The notes beneath the pieces were generated by a model that ran no database searches, was not told where the DNA came from, and saw only the letters and a list, made by a program, of their open reading frames with translations. From Syncephalis fuscata S228 (Eukaryota > Fungi > Zoopagomycota): a stretch of 64,000 bases of DNA. Each line of letters starts with the position of its first letter. Position 1 is the first letter of the stretch. Made by a program: the position numbers and the translations under genes. Where the stretch lies: positions 1 through 64,000 of the forward strand of contig JAHLTZ010000018.1 of the NCBI GenBank assembly GCA_025786725.1. The letters run 5' to 3'. Of this stretch, positions 49,345 through 61,677 are shown piece after piece.

Positions 49345-50570
49345 AAGGTTTATTAAACAATTGCAATAGTCGTTAATAAACGGATTGCATTGTTTATAAA
49401 CAGCTTCCGCTGGCTAATGTTTAATAAGCTATCCCAATAGTGGTTTTTGTTGATTGACTAATAACGGTAGCCCCAACGACCGGTACCGTCGCCGTTGTCC
49501 TTGCACTGGTAAACACCCACAGGCTTAGCGCCAACAACACATGGCGAACCGTTGGTGGGTGGCTTGGTAAATCCTGGTACGGCTTCAACTGAGACGACGG
49601 CAACCAAAAGGGCAGCGGTGGCAATGATTACACTGGTGAACTTCATGTTGATTAGTTGGTAGTAGATTGAGTAGTGTATGTTGGATACAATTAGATTAAG
49701 ATAGCGAGTCAAACTAGATACTTGTGTGTGTGTGATGAGTTAATTGACATGCATATCAGCTTGGATATTTATACTATAATTTGTCAAGGAAATCCACCAT
49801 AACTATACATTCATTGAATAATACGACGCCATTCATACTAATGATGGCAAATACTTGATTTAGAAAGTAGCCTTGGCTTATTGAGAAAATATCACTTGAT
49901 TATAGATTTAGTCAGATTCAAGTATTATACAATAGAATACTTGCTTGCTAAATTCGCGTAAGACGTGGGAACCAGTGTGATACGGCAAAACATTTAAAAT
50001 CATGACTGCTTTGTTCATGTAAATTAGCAGTAATACGTTTACTACTAGTATTGATTACTGTAATGTCGGGCTGCTGTATATTGATATAGTATCAAGCGCA
50101 ATTAATCAAATGATTAAATCAAATGGCCTCGCTCGATTACAAATTAAATACTAGTACACGTACACAGTTCTTCATACAAAAACCTTATGATAAATTCTGG
50201 CATTTATACTTGTTTTAATTGCACTATTAGGCAGGCGTATTACCTAAATTGCCTACATTTAGTTTAAATTCCGATATTCTAAAAATAATATTACATTTGT
50301 GGAGAGCAAATCGCACATGTTAGCTACGGCATAAGAAATACCCTATTGGCTAAGCTAATGTCATGCCAAAATAATAATATCAGTCGACTTAATATGGCAC
50401 AATATGACGTCAAATACAAGCTTATCCAAGGATTAGCTAAAAATAACCACTGGCATATACAGTATTAGCGGTAAACCTATGAATAACAAGCATTTAAATG
50501 CAAAGTTCTTTCATTCTATTTTTAAATTTTATATGGGAGGCTAAACAAAGCAATAATAAAACCATCAATT
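49345..50570. repeat. Tandem duplication unit 1 (peptide gene plus ~900 bp upstream)
   Basis: Colinear similarity to ~50940-52097, e.g. gacttaatatggcac(a/c)tatgac and tatccaaggattagctaaaa in both. Confidence 0.85.
49458..49646 (-). CDS. Small secreted 2-Cys peptide A (62 aa)
   Basis: MKFTSVIIATAALLVAVVSVEA signal peptide + 40-aa mature region; paralog at 51033-51221; conserved upstream TATAAAT-like box. Confidence 0.85.
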   Translation of the reverse strand: MKFTSVIIATAALLVAVVSVEAVPGFTKPPTNGSPCVVGAKPVGVYQCKDNGDGTGRWGYRY

Positions 50571-50939
50571 AGTATAGGTCTAAAAATTAATAAAACAATA
50601 TACCGCCTAATAAATATTTAAATAAAATTTGCTTGTAAACTAGCAAGACTAAGCGCATTTAACTCTGTATTTGGTTTATACAGTAAAGCGAAGTTTTAAT
50701 ATTAAATATTGTGGCTTTATTTCAAAAAAACAACCTAAATTATTGCTAATTTTACTGTTATTATGTCTACTTGATCCTTATGTTTTAATAGCTATAAAAT
50801 ATATATTATTTTTATAAAAGACTTAGTCATTATTCATATTATTATAATGTTATTTGATTAACATGCTGCTCCGTATCAACTAATCATTAGACTAGCACAT
50901 ATTACTATAACATGTTTGAGCATTGTATATATATAATAA

Positions 50940-52097
50940 ATAGTTTATTATAAACAATTACAGCAATAGCTGTTAATAAGTAGTTTGCATATAGCCGTAT
51001 AAACTATTGCTATATCAGTGTTCGCTGGCTATTTAGTATTTCCAGCCCCAAGTACCAACAGCATCGTTGCCTTCCATACATACGCGGCCGTCCGGGTTTA
51101 CGGAACCAATGATACATGAACTAACGGTGATAGGTGGTCTGGTGGTTATTGGAGCAGCCTTGACCGAGACGACAGCGACCAAGAGAGCGGTAGCAGCAAT
51201 AATGACAGTGGTAAACTTCATGCTGAATAGATTGAGTGGTGCGTGTTGGATACAATTTGATTAAGATAGTGAGTCAGACTAGATACTTGTGTGTGTGATG
51301 AGTTAATCGACATACATATCAGACTGGATATTTATACTGTAGTCCGTCAATAAATTTAGCTGTAGCTATGCAGCTATCGGCCAATACAACAATGTCCATG
51401 CTAATACTGATGATTACTTAATTTAGAAAGCAACCTTGATTTGATGAGAAAATACCACTTGGGTATCGATTAGTCAAGCCAGATATTGGACGATAAAATC
51501 TATGCTACCGAATTTGTGTAAAACATGGGAACCAGTATACTACGATTAAATATGTAAAATCAGTAATAATATACATTTACTACTAGTACTAATTGCTGCG
51601 ACATCAGATTGCTGTATACGAATACAGTATTAGATGCAGCTGGTTTGATGATGAAATCAAATGGTGCCATTCGAATGCAGACTAAGCACTGTATGTTTGT
51701 ACAAGGTTCCCATGAAAAATCTGGGTACACATGTCGGTGTGTGAGTTTGTAATAGTTGCTTTGCTAAACAGGAGCACTACATAATCGTTTAAATTTGGTT
51801 CAAATTCCGATGTTTTAGCAAATTCACAGGTCAAATAGCATATGCCAAATACAGAATAATGGCGGTTTTATTGGTCTAATTGGCTCTATGTAGGAGCATT
51901 GCTATCAGCTGACTTAATATGGCACACTATGACATCAAATACAAAACTATCCAAGGATTAGCTAAAAGTAATCACGGGCATATACAGTATCAGTGGTAAA
52001 TTCACGAATGCCAAGAATTCATGTACAAATCTATGTCATTCCATTTTTGAATTCTATATTAGAAGCTAATACAAAGCAATAGTAAAATTGACAATTA
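50940..52097. repeat. Tandem duplication unit 2
   Basis: Colinear, diverged copy of 49345-50570. Confidence 0.85.
51033..51221 (-). CDS. Small secreted 2-Cys peptide B (62 aa)
   Basis: MKFTTVIIAATALLVAVVSVKA signal + 40-aa mature region with the same Cys spacing and GxWGxxY end. Confidence 0.85.
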   Translation of the reverse strand: MKFTTVIIAATALLVAVVSVKAAPITTRPPITVSSCIIGSVNPDGRVCMEGNDAVGTWGWKY

Positions 52098-52557
52098 AAG
52101 CAAATTCAATAGTGTGCTTGCATAAACAGTAGCACGGTATACAGCTAATAGTAGCACAAGTTGCTAATACTTAACTATTGCATTTATTACCTTTACATAA
52201 CAATAATTTAGTAAACTGAATTTAAATTTATCTTAGACAACAATAATGTATATTTGCTTAAATTTAACAAAAGCCAAATCGATTAAAAAGCGTTTAATTA
52301 CCAAATCATCAAAAATGTAATCGAAACTGAACAAGTGCCATACAACTGTACATTATAACCAGAAGATCGGCGTCGTTAATAATAGTAAATAAAAAGTTAA
52401 AAATAAGTAGAGAAGGTCACGCAGCAAATAGCAATTTTGTGCGATAAAAAACATAAGTATGAAATGGAAGCTTATTGAATTTTCGTAAGTAGAATAATAT
52501 ACTGATGCCCACCTACGTGCCGTAGTAACACAGATCAATGATATTGTAAAAATAGCA

Positions 52558-53796
52558 TTAAGAAGAACTGAACTGTTGTCTTAATATCAACAAATCGTCG
52601 CCTACTTTACGCACTACCACCGTGTTAACCCAGTCAGCATTGCGTTTAAGCGCCGTGACTACTGCAGCCACAAATGCCGCTACAATAGGCAATAGACTAT
52701 CATGTACACGATCATACACGGGACGGAAAATGGCTCCTTCGCGCAGTAAAATTGCTTGCAGCATACGGTCGAACTCACGTGGAATAACCTCATGTACATA
52801 TCGGGTCAATGCCTCTGTGATAAGATTGACTTTTTCAGTGACCAGCGCTTCAACACGAGCTTGTACTGCATCTAAATGAGCGCCAATAACATGTACATCG
52901 TCGCGTAGCAAATCGGTACGCTCCAGCACGTCCCGTACATCACGATCTACCGTAGAAACGACCAGATAGCGTGCGTGAGTATATTTTTCTTGCACATGAC
53001 GTACAAGTCGTCCATGAATAATAGCATCAACACGAGAGCGAAGGGCTCTAGCAATCATAGAGTCAGATGCCACCGCCGGAAGTCGAACAAGCTGCATAGC
53101 CGCACCGCCAATTCGCGACTCTTCAAACATCTGTGGCAAATCAAGGGTAATCGAGTCGAGTGCTCGATGAACTGCACATGTAACCTGCCAAAAGACATGG
53201 TCAGCAATTGGCGCATCTTCAGCTGGTTTGGGCGGCATAGACCGTGGAATAACACCATAATCATCCTCATCTTCGTCGTATTCATCATCTTCCTCGCCTA
53301 ATGCATATACGCTACTATTAGCCTTGTTTGTTCGTTCGTTATTTCTTTTACTATTCAACTTACTGCCTGAAAAGCCGGCTGCTTCCGCATCCAATGCATC
53401 GCCATACTCGTCTACCGTAGTTACCAGTGCCTGTGTTGCTTCCTCGGTCAAGGCGGCCAATGCACCACCGATAGGATCAACGTTCAATAGCATACGGTCA
53501 TCTTCATCGCAGCTCATTGCATAAGGATCGAGACAAGCCAGACTCTCGCAGTCACTCATGCACGAGCTGGCCGTATCGGTACATATAGTATTACCGAGAG
53601 CGGCCCTAGCCAATTCGTCGCTAAGACTTTGAGCAGAGCGCCGTTCATCGTTTTTTGGCAGTATACTTTTAGCTGTATTTTGGCGCGATAGCCGTTCGCG
53701 TTCAACTTTAAGCTCAGCCAGCTTTTGAAAAAGGAGCGAAGGAGTTAACGGCTCATTTTGTTCGGTGCTAATAGGTATAGGTGCGTAAGGGTCCAT
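52558..53796 (-). CDS. Hypothetical protein (~412 aa), intronless; acidic low-complexity N-half, helical C-half
   Basis: Long GC-richer ORF; likely start MDPYAP; no recognised domain. Confidence 0.7.
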   Translation of the reverse strand: MDPYAPIPISTEQNEPLTPSLLFQKLAELKVERERLSRQNTAKSILPKNDERRSAQSLSDELARAALGNTICTDTASSCMSDCESLACLDPYAMSCDEDDRMLLNVDPIGGALAALTEEATQALVTTVDEYGDALDAEAAGFSGSKLNSKRNNERTNKANSSVYALGEEDDEYDEDEDDYGVIPRSMPPKPAEDAPIADHVFWQVTCAVHRALDSITLDLPQMFEESRIGGAAMQLVRLPAVASDSMIARALRSRVDAIIHGRLVRHVQEKYTHARYLVVSTVDRDVRDVLERTDLLRDDVHVIGAHLDAVQARVEALVTEKVNLITEALTRYVHEVIPREFDRMLQAILLREGAIFRPVYDRVHDSLLPIVAAFVAAVVTALKRNADWVNTVVVRKVGDDLLILRQQFSSS

Positions 53797-54697
53797 TATA
53801 CTTGATATGATGGGATTAAGTTGAATAATAGGTGCAACAGCAGTCGCCAATAAGTACTCGAGTTCGAGATGACGCTGTGTACTGAAAAGATCGTACAAGT
53901 GCACGATCCAATGGGCAGTGGCCTACTCGCTAGCTGGTCAAAAAGGACACTAATGCAATAGAGAGGGTAAATAAAGAAGTTTAAATGTCGGCCTTGCTAT
54001 AAATTGTAAAATAATTAAAAGAAAGCGTTAGCAACAACCAGTTATAGAAGTGCCGCCCCAATAGAATAGTATAATAAATGTTATTGGCGGTAAAAGCGGC
54101 CGAAAAGGAGGTGTGGAACAGGATTGCGCGCTACAATAAGAAAAACAGGCCGATAAGAAAAGCGAGGGAGATGATTATGAGCGAGTGAGCGTTTGTATGA
54201 AATGACGTTTGTAATAAAAAGTGTGGTCTTTTCTTTCTTGACGCACGTTCACTCACAACTGTATGGCTGGGCAGTAGCAGTAGCAGCAATAAAAGCAACA
54301 ATAACAATGGCAATAATAGGTCGTACTAGCAACAAGTCACGTCGTTCAACTACCTGCAGTAATAAGCAGCTATACAGCTAACAACTACTATACATACAAA
54401 TAGTCCAATAGAGATTATTTAATCGGTGTGTGACCATTGAAAGAGCAATTAGAAGAAAAGAATAATAGCAATAAAAATGACCCCACATTTATACTTTATA
54501 ATAATAATAACACAACCAGAATACACTAGAATACATACCGTTTAGTTGTAGTAAATAAACCAAATGAATGATATGAATCACTATTTATCAACGCTTAATC
54601 GTTTCTATGTGAATGTTTAAACAACACACATACAAACACATACACACACACACACACTATAGAAAGCAAAAAATAAAAACAAATCAAAATCACAACA

Positions 54698-54923
54698 AAA
54701 ATAAAAGAGTGAGTGGGAGAGTGGAAGAGAGAGAGAGAACTAAAGTAAGAAATGAGGCTGCCTTAGTAGTTGTAATAGCTGTCTCTATCTCTAATGTCCT
54801 CGTGCTTATGAAGATAGTCATCATGTATAGCGTGATCATAATAGTAGCACCCTTTAATAGACAACTACCTTGTCTCCTTATTTTCTGTCTCTCTCTCTCT
54901 CTCTCTCCCACTCTCTCTATTTT
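54698..54923 (+). other. Long imperfect inverted repeat / predicted hairpin built on GA and TC tracts
   Basis: aaaata/tatttt, gagtgggagag/ctctcccactc, (ga)n/(tc)n, aaagtaag/cttatttt and gtagttgt/acaactac pair in nested order. Confidence 0.55.
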
Positions 54924-55336
54924 ACTTCTTTCTATTGAATGAAGGTGCAGCAACATGTGATTGCCATCATGGAATGATGATAGGCAAAGGACCTGTCTCA
55001 ATAATAATAATAATAACAACTCTAATAATAACAGTAAAGCCATGTAATAATATTCACGTGAAGACATGGTTAATCAAAAGTGTCACTGTGAGTACAATGA
55101 TCTATCTTAGTAATTACTGATATGTAATAATAGATTTGATCAGTAGTTGGCTGTGTACAAAGATAGAGCAGTCTATTTCTGTACCACGTCAATTAGGATA
55201 GAATCACAATTGACCGAATCACACCATACTTACCATTACCGCTGGTAGGACGTGTTCTATGGATGGTAGAACTAAATCAACCTGGTGTTGGACAAAGCCA
55301 CACTACTATTTCCTTAATTCTACATTACTTGTAAAC

Positions 55337-57553
55337 ATGTTCTCACTACGTAGTCAGCGTCATCTGCACCGGTCTTTGTCATATCTACCAGCTATCTATT
55401 CTAACCGTTGTAATACTATTGCTAGACGGGCACTATCAAGTGTATCACCTGACTCTGTCGACGAGCCAGTGGTAATAGCGCCACCTATTTCACTACCACC
55501 GTCGAATATAACACCGGATGACGTGTAATAGCTACAAACATATATTATCTATATAGAACTAATAGAATGATAGGTTTGCTAATAATGAACTTGATCTGAA
55601 TAAGCTACGGGTGTATGGTTTTGATTATGACGTAAGTATTAATGTATCGATCTACAGTATGAATTAAGTGGATCATTCAATTGTTTTAGTATACATTGGC
55701 CCGCTATACATCGGAACTGCCTAAAACAATCTATACGCTACTACGCGATGCTTTGATTGATCATTTGCGCTACCCGTCGGTTTTACGAGGACTTGAATAT
55801 GATCCGTCGTTTGCTATTCGTGGTCTACACTACGGTAAGTTGATTTGATTACAAACTATTGATTATAGACCAATTGAAGAATAGATGGCGAGACGGGCTA
55901 TTTAATGAAACTCGACTCTTATGGTAATCTACAAAGGAATGCTGTCTACTATGGACGACGTGCTGTTGATGATCCATTAGCAACTCTAAAGGTTGAATTT
56001 GGTGCGCATATTCCCCGTCAGCTAGTAAAAGGGCGGATGCGTCAGTTAGTAGATCTATTTAGTATGCCCAATACGTGTTTACTGGCCGATATTATTGAGT
56101 ATTTTAACAAGCATGGTATTAGGTAATGGCAAACAATAGCAATAGTAGCCATTTATATATTAATAAGATAATAGTTTTCATCCTCAGCATTTGGCAGATG
56201 ATGTGCAGCTTGTTAGTGAAATGCTACACAGTGGTACGGGTATTGGTATGGGGCCATTACATCGGACTATTTTAAATGATATTGAAAAGTATTTGGAGCC
56301 TAGTCGATCACTAACGAACTATTTGGAGAAATTACATCGATATAATCGACGACTATTTCTACTTACCAATAGTGGATTTGAATTTGTGTAAGCAATCTAT
56401 GGATATATATATATGTATGTAATTATTTAAATAGATGTGCTAAGTAATGCTGTTTAGAGATCGTGGATTGGCCTATATAACAGGTCGTCATGATTGGCGT
56501 GATCTCTTTGATGTTTGTATTGTTAATGCGGCCAAACCAGTATTTTATCGTGGTAGACGGCCTTTTAGACGTGTCAATGTTGATGATAACACAGCCAGTA
56601 CACGGAATGATCAATTAGATCAAGTCAACGGTATTGATCCAAATTTCTATGGTACTAGTTGGTCGGTTGTCAATGAATTCAAACGAGGCGAGGTTTATAG
56701 TGGCGGTAATATCATCGATTTTTGTTTATGGACAGGCTGGTAAATTTTTACTATTAATATAATACAATTAATACAATTATCTTTTATATTTTATTTAATA
56801 GGAAAGGGTAAAGTATAATTTAAATAGTAATATATAATCTATTCATCATAGTTATATTACAATTGTTGTTAGAGGAAATACTATTTATATTGGGGATTCC
56901 ATCTACAATGACCTTGTGGATCCAGCACTGCAACAAGGCTGGCGCACTGTAAGTTTATAACTAATGCGCGTCATTCTATGTCTATAACCGATTGATAGGG
57001 CATTATCATTAATGAACTTGAGAATGAAATTGAAATACAAAGATCGGCATCCTATCGACAGTGTATTGCTCGATTCACTCAATTAGAGGGATTACTTAAA
57101 TCAACACAACGCTCTATTCTAAGTGAATTAGGCGAGGCTGTTGATCAATACGACGCAGAAGGAAAAGACCATAGCAGTAATGATATATTACATCCTAGTA
57201 GAGGCAATACTATTACAAGCCATCAAAGACTACATCATCATCGTGAACAATTACGTCTATGGCGTAATGAACGTCGAGATATTTCTCGTCAACTTAAAGG
57301 ACTGTTTAATCCACAATTTGGCAGTGTATTCCGTACGATGATCAATCCATCCATGTTTGCCGATAAAATACGCGCTTATAGTGACTTGTAAGTAAAAGTA
57401 CCCTCTATTGACATCAGTTAATGATATATATACTATAGATATACATCGTCATTGGAGAATCTAAATAACTATCCACTTAATCATGTATTCTATCCAGAAC
57501 GTGTACAAATGCCTCATGAACAACGACTGGGTAGTGTATTTCCTATTGATTAG
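55337..57553 (+). CDS. HAD-family 5'-nucleotidase domain-containing protein (NT5DC-like), multi-exon
   Basis: VFANNELDL...YGFDYDYTLARY, YDPSFAIRGLH, LFLLTNS, AAKPVFY, YIGDSIYNDL, GWRT, FNPQFGSVFRT. Arg/Ser-rich presequence-like N-terminus. Confidence 0.9.
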
Positions 57554-57626
57554 TGTCAAGTAATTGTTAAATAAATATACTTTTTAACACTTTCTTTATT
57601 TTATACCTTGCTATTACTAACTACTA

Positions 57627-58676
57627 ATGACAAACATAAACGACCATTCAACTCGTTCCTACCAAGTAGACCGAGTATTTAGTGAATATGCTTGTCAGTC
57701 ATTAACTACCGCCATAGCGACACGTAATGTATTCCACTCTATAATCTATGCTGAATCTACTTGTTAATTAAGTAAATATAGAACAGAAGCAGTTAATGAA
57801 ACGGCAATCAGCCTATTCGGTCAAGCTATTGCTAAACTATCCTTATGGCCATATTGGAAATCGGTATTCTAGTAGAAGAAACAGTGTCATCTTGAACGGT
57901 ATTACTACAACTACGTCTAAAGCGTCTAAACGATCAATTTATATTATTATAAAACATTGGCAAGTATTTACGAGGATGTACAAGTATCTGGTCACTTGTC
58001 GATACGATACAAGTAATTTATCTATTGCGCTACTAGCGTGGTCTACGCTATCTACACCTATACAATGGATTACCAATTCACATTCTACTTGTTTGTTAAC
58101 CAGCAACACTGCTAATATTAATATTAATATTAGCCTAGTTGGCCATGTTAATAATGACGCATTTTGGCTATCCCCCTTGGATCTAGCATGGTAATGATTT
58201 AATAAATTGTATGCATTTATTGACAGCATATCTATTAGGAGTCGTAGAATGGCCACACTTTATGGCGAACAGTCAGCGTTGACATTCACAGGCATTTATT
58301 ATGCCGTATTAGGAGGTGCCCATTCAACACTGGGTAGAACGGATAGAGAACATGCACAACAAGCAGGACAATTGGCACGACGTCAAATTGAATTGGCCCG
58401 TCGACTTGGCTATCCTAGTCTAGAGTGTAGATGTCTGGCTTATTATGCCGAGTATCATATTCAAACAAAACAGTATCAACGGGCCATACAACTGTTACGA
58501 CAAGCATGGTCACTGTATCGCTGCACACCCGGCATGGAAGCCACAGTAAGTAATTATTTATTAGCGATGCGTAACTCTTTCTTATAGTTCATCAGATTCC
58601 AGAAACCTTAAATTCTATTGAGGCAAAGCTACCACACAAACAGATCCCTGTAAATATGCAGAAGTCGAACCAATAA
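57627..58676 (+). CDS. DUF4807-like protein, multi-exon
   Basis: LGGAHSTLG...AGQLARRQIELARRLGYPSLECRCLAYYA resembles the DUF4807 pattern (LGGAFSALG...QLxLAxRLGDP...RC). Middle exon structure uncertain. Confidence 0.6.
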
Positions 58677-58964
58677 ATTGCGTTATTATGTTTACCACTC
58701 AATGATTGGCTTTTAATTCATCACACATTCAATGGCCTACGGGAATTCTATTTCTACACCCACACACGGATGAATAGAGAGGAGAAAGAACACACCGCAC
58801 ACACCTATAACACTTAGTACACTCTTCGCTACTTACTTATACTACTACTACTACTACTTATTCTTGCTTTTGTTTACTGATTGTTTATTGGTACGCCATT
58901 TGTTTAATAATCTCTTTGTTTAACGTATTTATTTGTCGACTAGTGCAATTATTATTTTATTGAT

Positions 58965-61677
58965 ATGCCCAGTAAACAATCCAGCGATGGCATTGAGCAG
59001 CCGTTACTCAGTGCAAGTGATACATCAGCCATAACGAGATCGTTTACTACGACCACAACCACAACCACAACAACGGCGACGACGGCAGTAGCGTTAGAAC
59101 GTTCGTCAATGCTGTCTGATGCAACCTTGGCCGAGTCTACCGATGTAATCGCGACGAGTAGTAATATTGGTACGAGCGACGAGAATATTTCTTGGCATAT
59201 TGCCACCAAAGAGGTACAACTAATAGGCAGAGATAAACAGCAAGCAGCAGTAATTGAGATTGAGAATGCCAACGACGACGACGACAATGAAGCGATTGGA
59301 GAATCAGTTCGATTATTAAACGAGGAAACAGTCGATGCTAATGATAGTAGTTTTAATAAAACAGTGGATGAGACGATAGCCGAATCGACAACTACTACAA
59401 CTACTACAGCAACAACAGCAACAACAGCTGTAGCTGTGGATAATAATAATAATAATAATAATAGTAAACGGCATACACGCAAAGTGAGCAAGCATATACC
59501 GATTGCTATTGCTACCAAAGCTGCACCGACCCTTGGATTACCTGAGCAAACAGAAGAATCGCAATATAGTATGTCGATGCATCATGCTGCACAACAAGGT
59601 GATCTTTCCGCCATTCGTCAACTCATTGAAAGTGGCGATAATAAAGTAAATGATCGCGACTTTCAAAATGTTACGGCACTGCATTGGGCATCGATTAATA
59701 GTCGACTGGAGATTGTACGCTATTTACTTGATCAAGGCGCTGAAGTGGATGCTGTAGGTGGTGATTTACTTGCTACACCATTACACTGGGCGTGTCGCAA
59801 AGGCCATTTACCTATTTCCGCTCTACTGTTGGAACGCGGTGCCAATCCTGGCTTAAAGGATGCACAAGGCTTCAACGCGTTGCATTTAGCAGTTCATTCA
59901 TCAAATGCCTTCCTTGTATTGTATATGCTATATGCACCGGGTGATTTACCCGTTGATTCACCGGACACACTTGATCATACAGCATTAATGTGGGCTGCCT
60001 ATCAAGGTGATGGTGTATCCGTGGATATTCTATTGAGACAGGGTGCCTCGTTAAGAACGGTGGATAAATCGGGTTTTACACCGCTGCATTGGTCGGTGTC
60101 AAAGGGACACGGCGAAGTGACGACCCGTCTATTAAAAGCTGGTGCTGATGTGATGGCCCGTGAGGAAAAGGGGCGAACACCGGCAGAAATGGCTCGAGAA
60201 TTAAAAGTAGAAGCAACATGGCTTAAAGCACTTAAACAAAGTGGCGTGTCCAAAGATGGTAGAGAGCCATTGATATCAGAGGTGAGTGTTATTAATATTT
60301 TACTAATTTATTTATTAATTAGTCAATAATATATTTGTTAGTCGGTGGCTATGAAATTATCCTATTTCTTACCATTTCCTATGCTATTCATTATAATGAA
60401 TACAATTGCCATTTTCCCTTGGTATATTGGCATTGCTTTAGCATTGGCCGAGTTTCTAGTCTTTCATTTGTCGGTGATGCGTTGGTTATTGCCACATCGA
60501 CAAGCATCAAGTAAGCATGATGCAATGATGAAAGCACCGTATTTCTCGGCTATATTCCAATCAACGGCATTCTGGGTCGGTGTTACCTGGTTAAGTCGCA
60601 CTCTATGGTGTATCCTTTTTACAACATCTATGTTGTATATATTAACTGCAAGTAGTGGTAATAGCCTTAATAGATGACGGACTGATTATAGATACACTTG
60701 ATCATGTTATGGCCAATGTTTTTTTTGCATGCATGTATACTACTGCTCTATGGTGTTTCTTCCAAGCTGTGTTACGGGATCCAGGTTTTGTGCCTAAACC
60801 ATATAGTCGAGATGACAAGCGACGGGTAAGTATTGGATTCGTATTTATTTTTATTTATAATTAACGTCTGTATTTAGTTGGTACAATCATTGGCCAAGGA
60901 ACGGCTATTGGATACAAGACATTTCTGTATCTCCTGTATTGTACGCAAGCCACCGCGTTCCAAGCATTGTCGTCTATGTGATCGTTGTGTTGCTCGATTT
61001 GATCAGTACGTCATATGATAGTAGACTGTATGTATGTATGTATACATTACTAATAATATGTGTTTAGTCATTGTCCATGGATCTATAACTGTATTGGTGT
61101 ACACAATCATCGACCATTTTTGCTATTTCTTCTTACAATGATTTCTGGTATTTGTGTATTTATCCATTTGAGCTATCAATGTAAGTCGATTGATTGATAC
61201 ATAAATCATTTATTAATTGATGAATGAATAGATTTGGAAGCAACTTCACCTGTGTATGAGCCTATTCCTGAACAGCCATGCTTTTTACCTTCACGGGGCT
61301 GTGCCTACTTTCAACACGATGGTTGGTCGATTATATTAACCTTTTGGGTTACACTGCATTTGACATGGTCCAGTTTCTTGTTTCTACAGCAATGCTGGTT
61401 AGTTATGCGGGCCAAGACAACTAATGAGCATATGAACGCTCATCGATATGCTCACGAACACAATCCATGGCGTGATGGCATCTCCGGTAATCCGTATGAT
61501 ATGGGTGTGCGTCAGAACTGTGCCGGATTCTGTCGTGGCGATGGCATTGACTGGACCCGTGTGCAGGATCAAGATGATGCTCGTGCCCGCTTAGAACGAT
61601 GGGCCCGTGGACGTGCATCGTCTATGTCACTACTAGAAGAGGAACGGGATGGCGTGCCACTTATGGATGTAGTATAG
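58965..61677 (+). CDS. AKR1: Ankyrin-repeat DHHC palmitoyltransferase Akr1/ZDHHC17, multi-exon
   Basis: Ankyrin repeats ([23 protein letters not shown]), TM segments, [20 protein letters not shown]|[20 protein letters not shown]. Confidence 0.94.

Noticed and set aside
53900-55300. Telomerase RNA or protein-coding ORFs in the microsatellite-rich gap
   Set aside because: No CCCTAA-type template found; the ORFs are low-complexity translations of CA/GA/TAA repeats.
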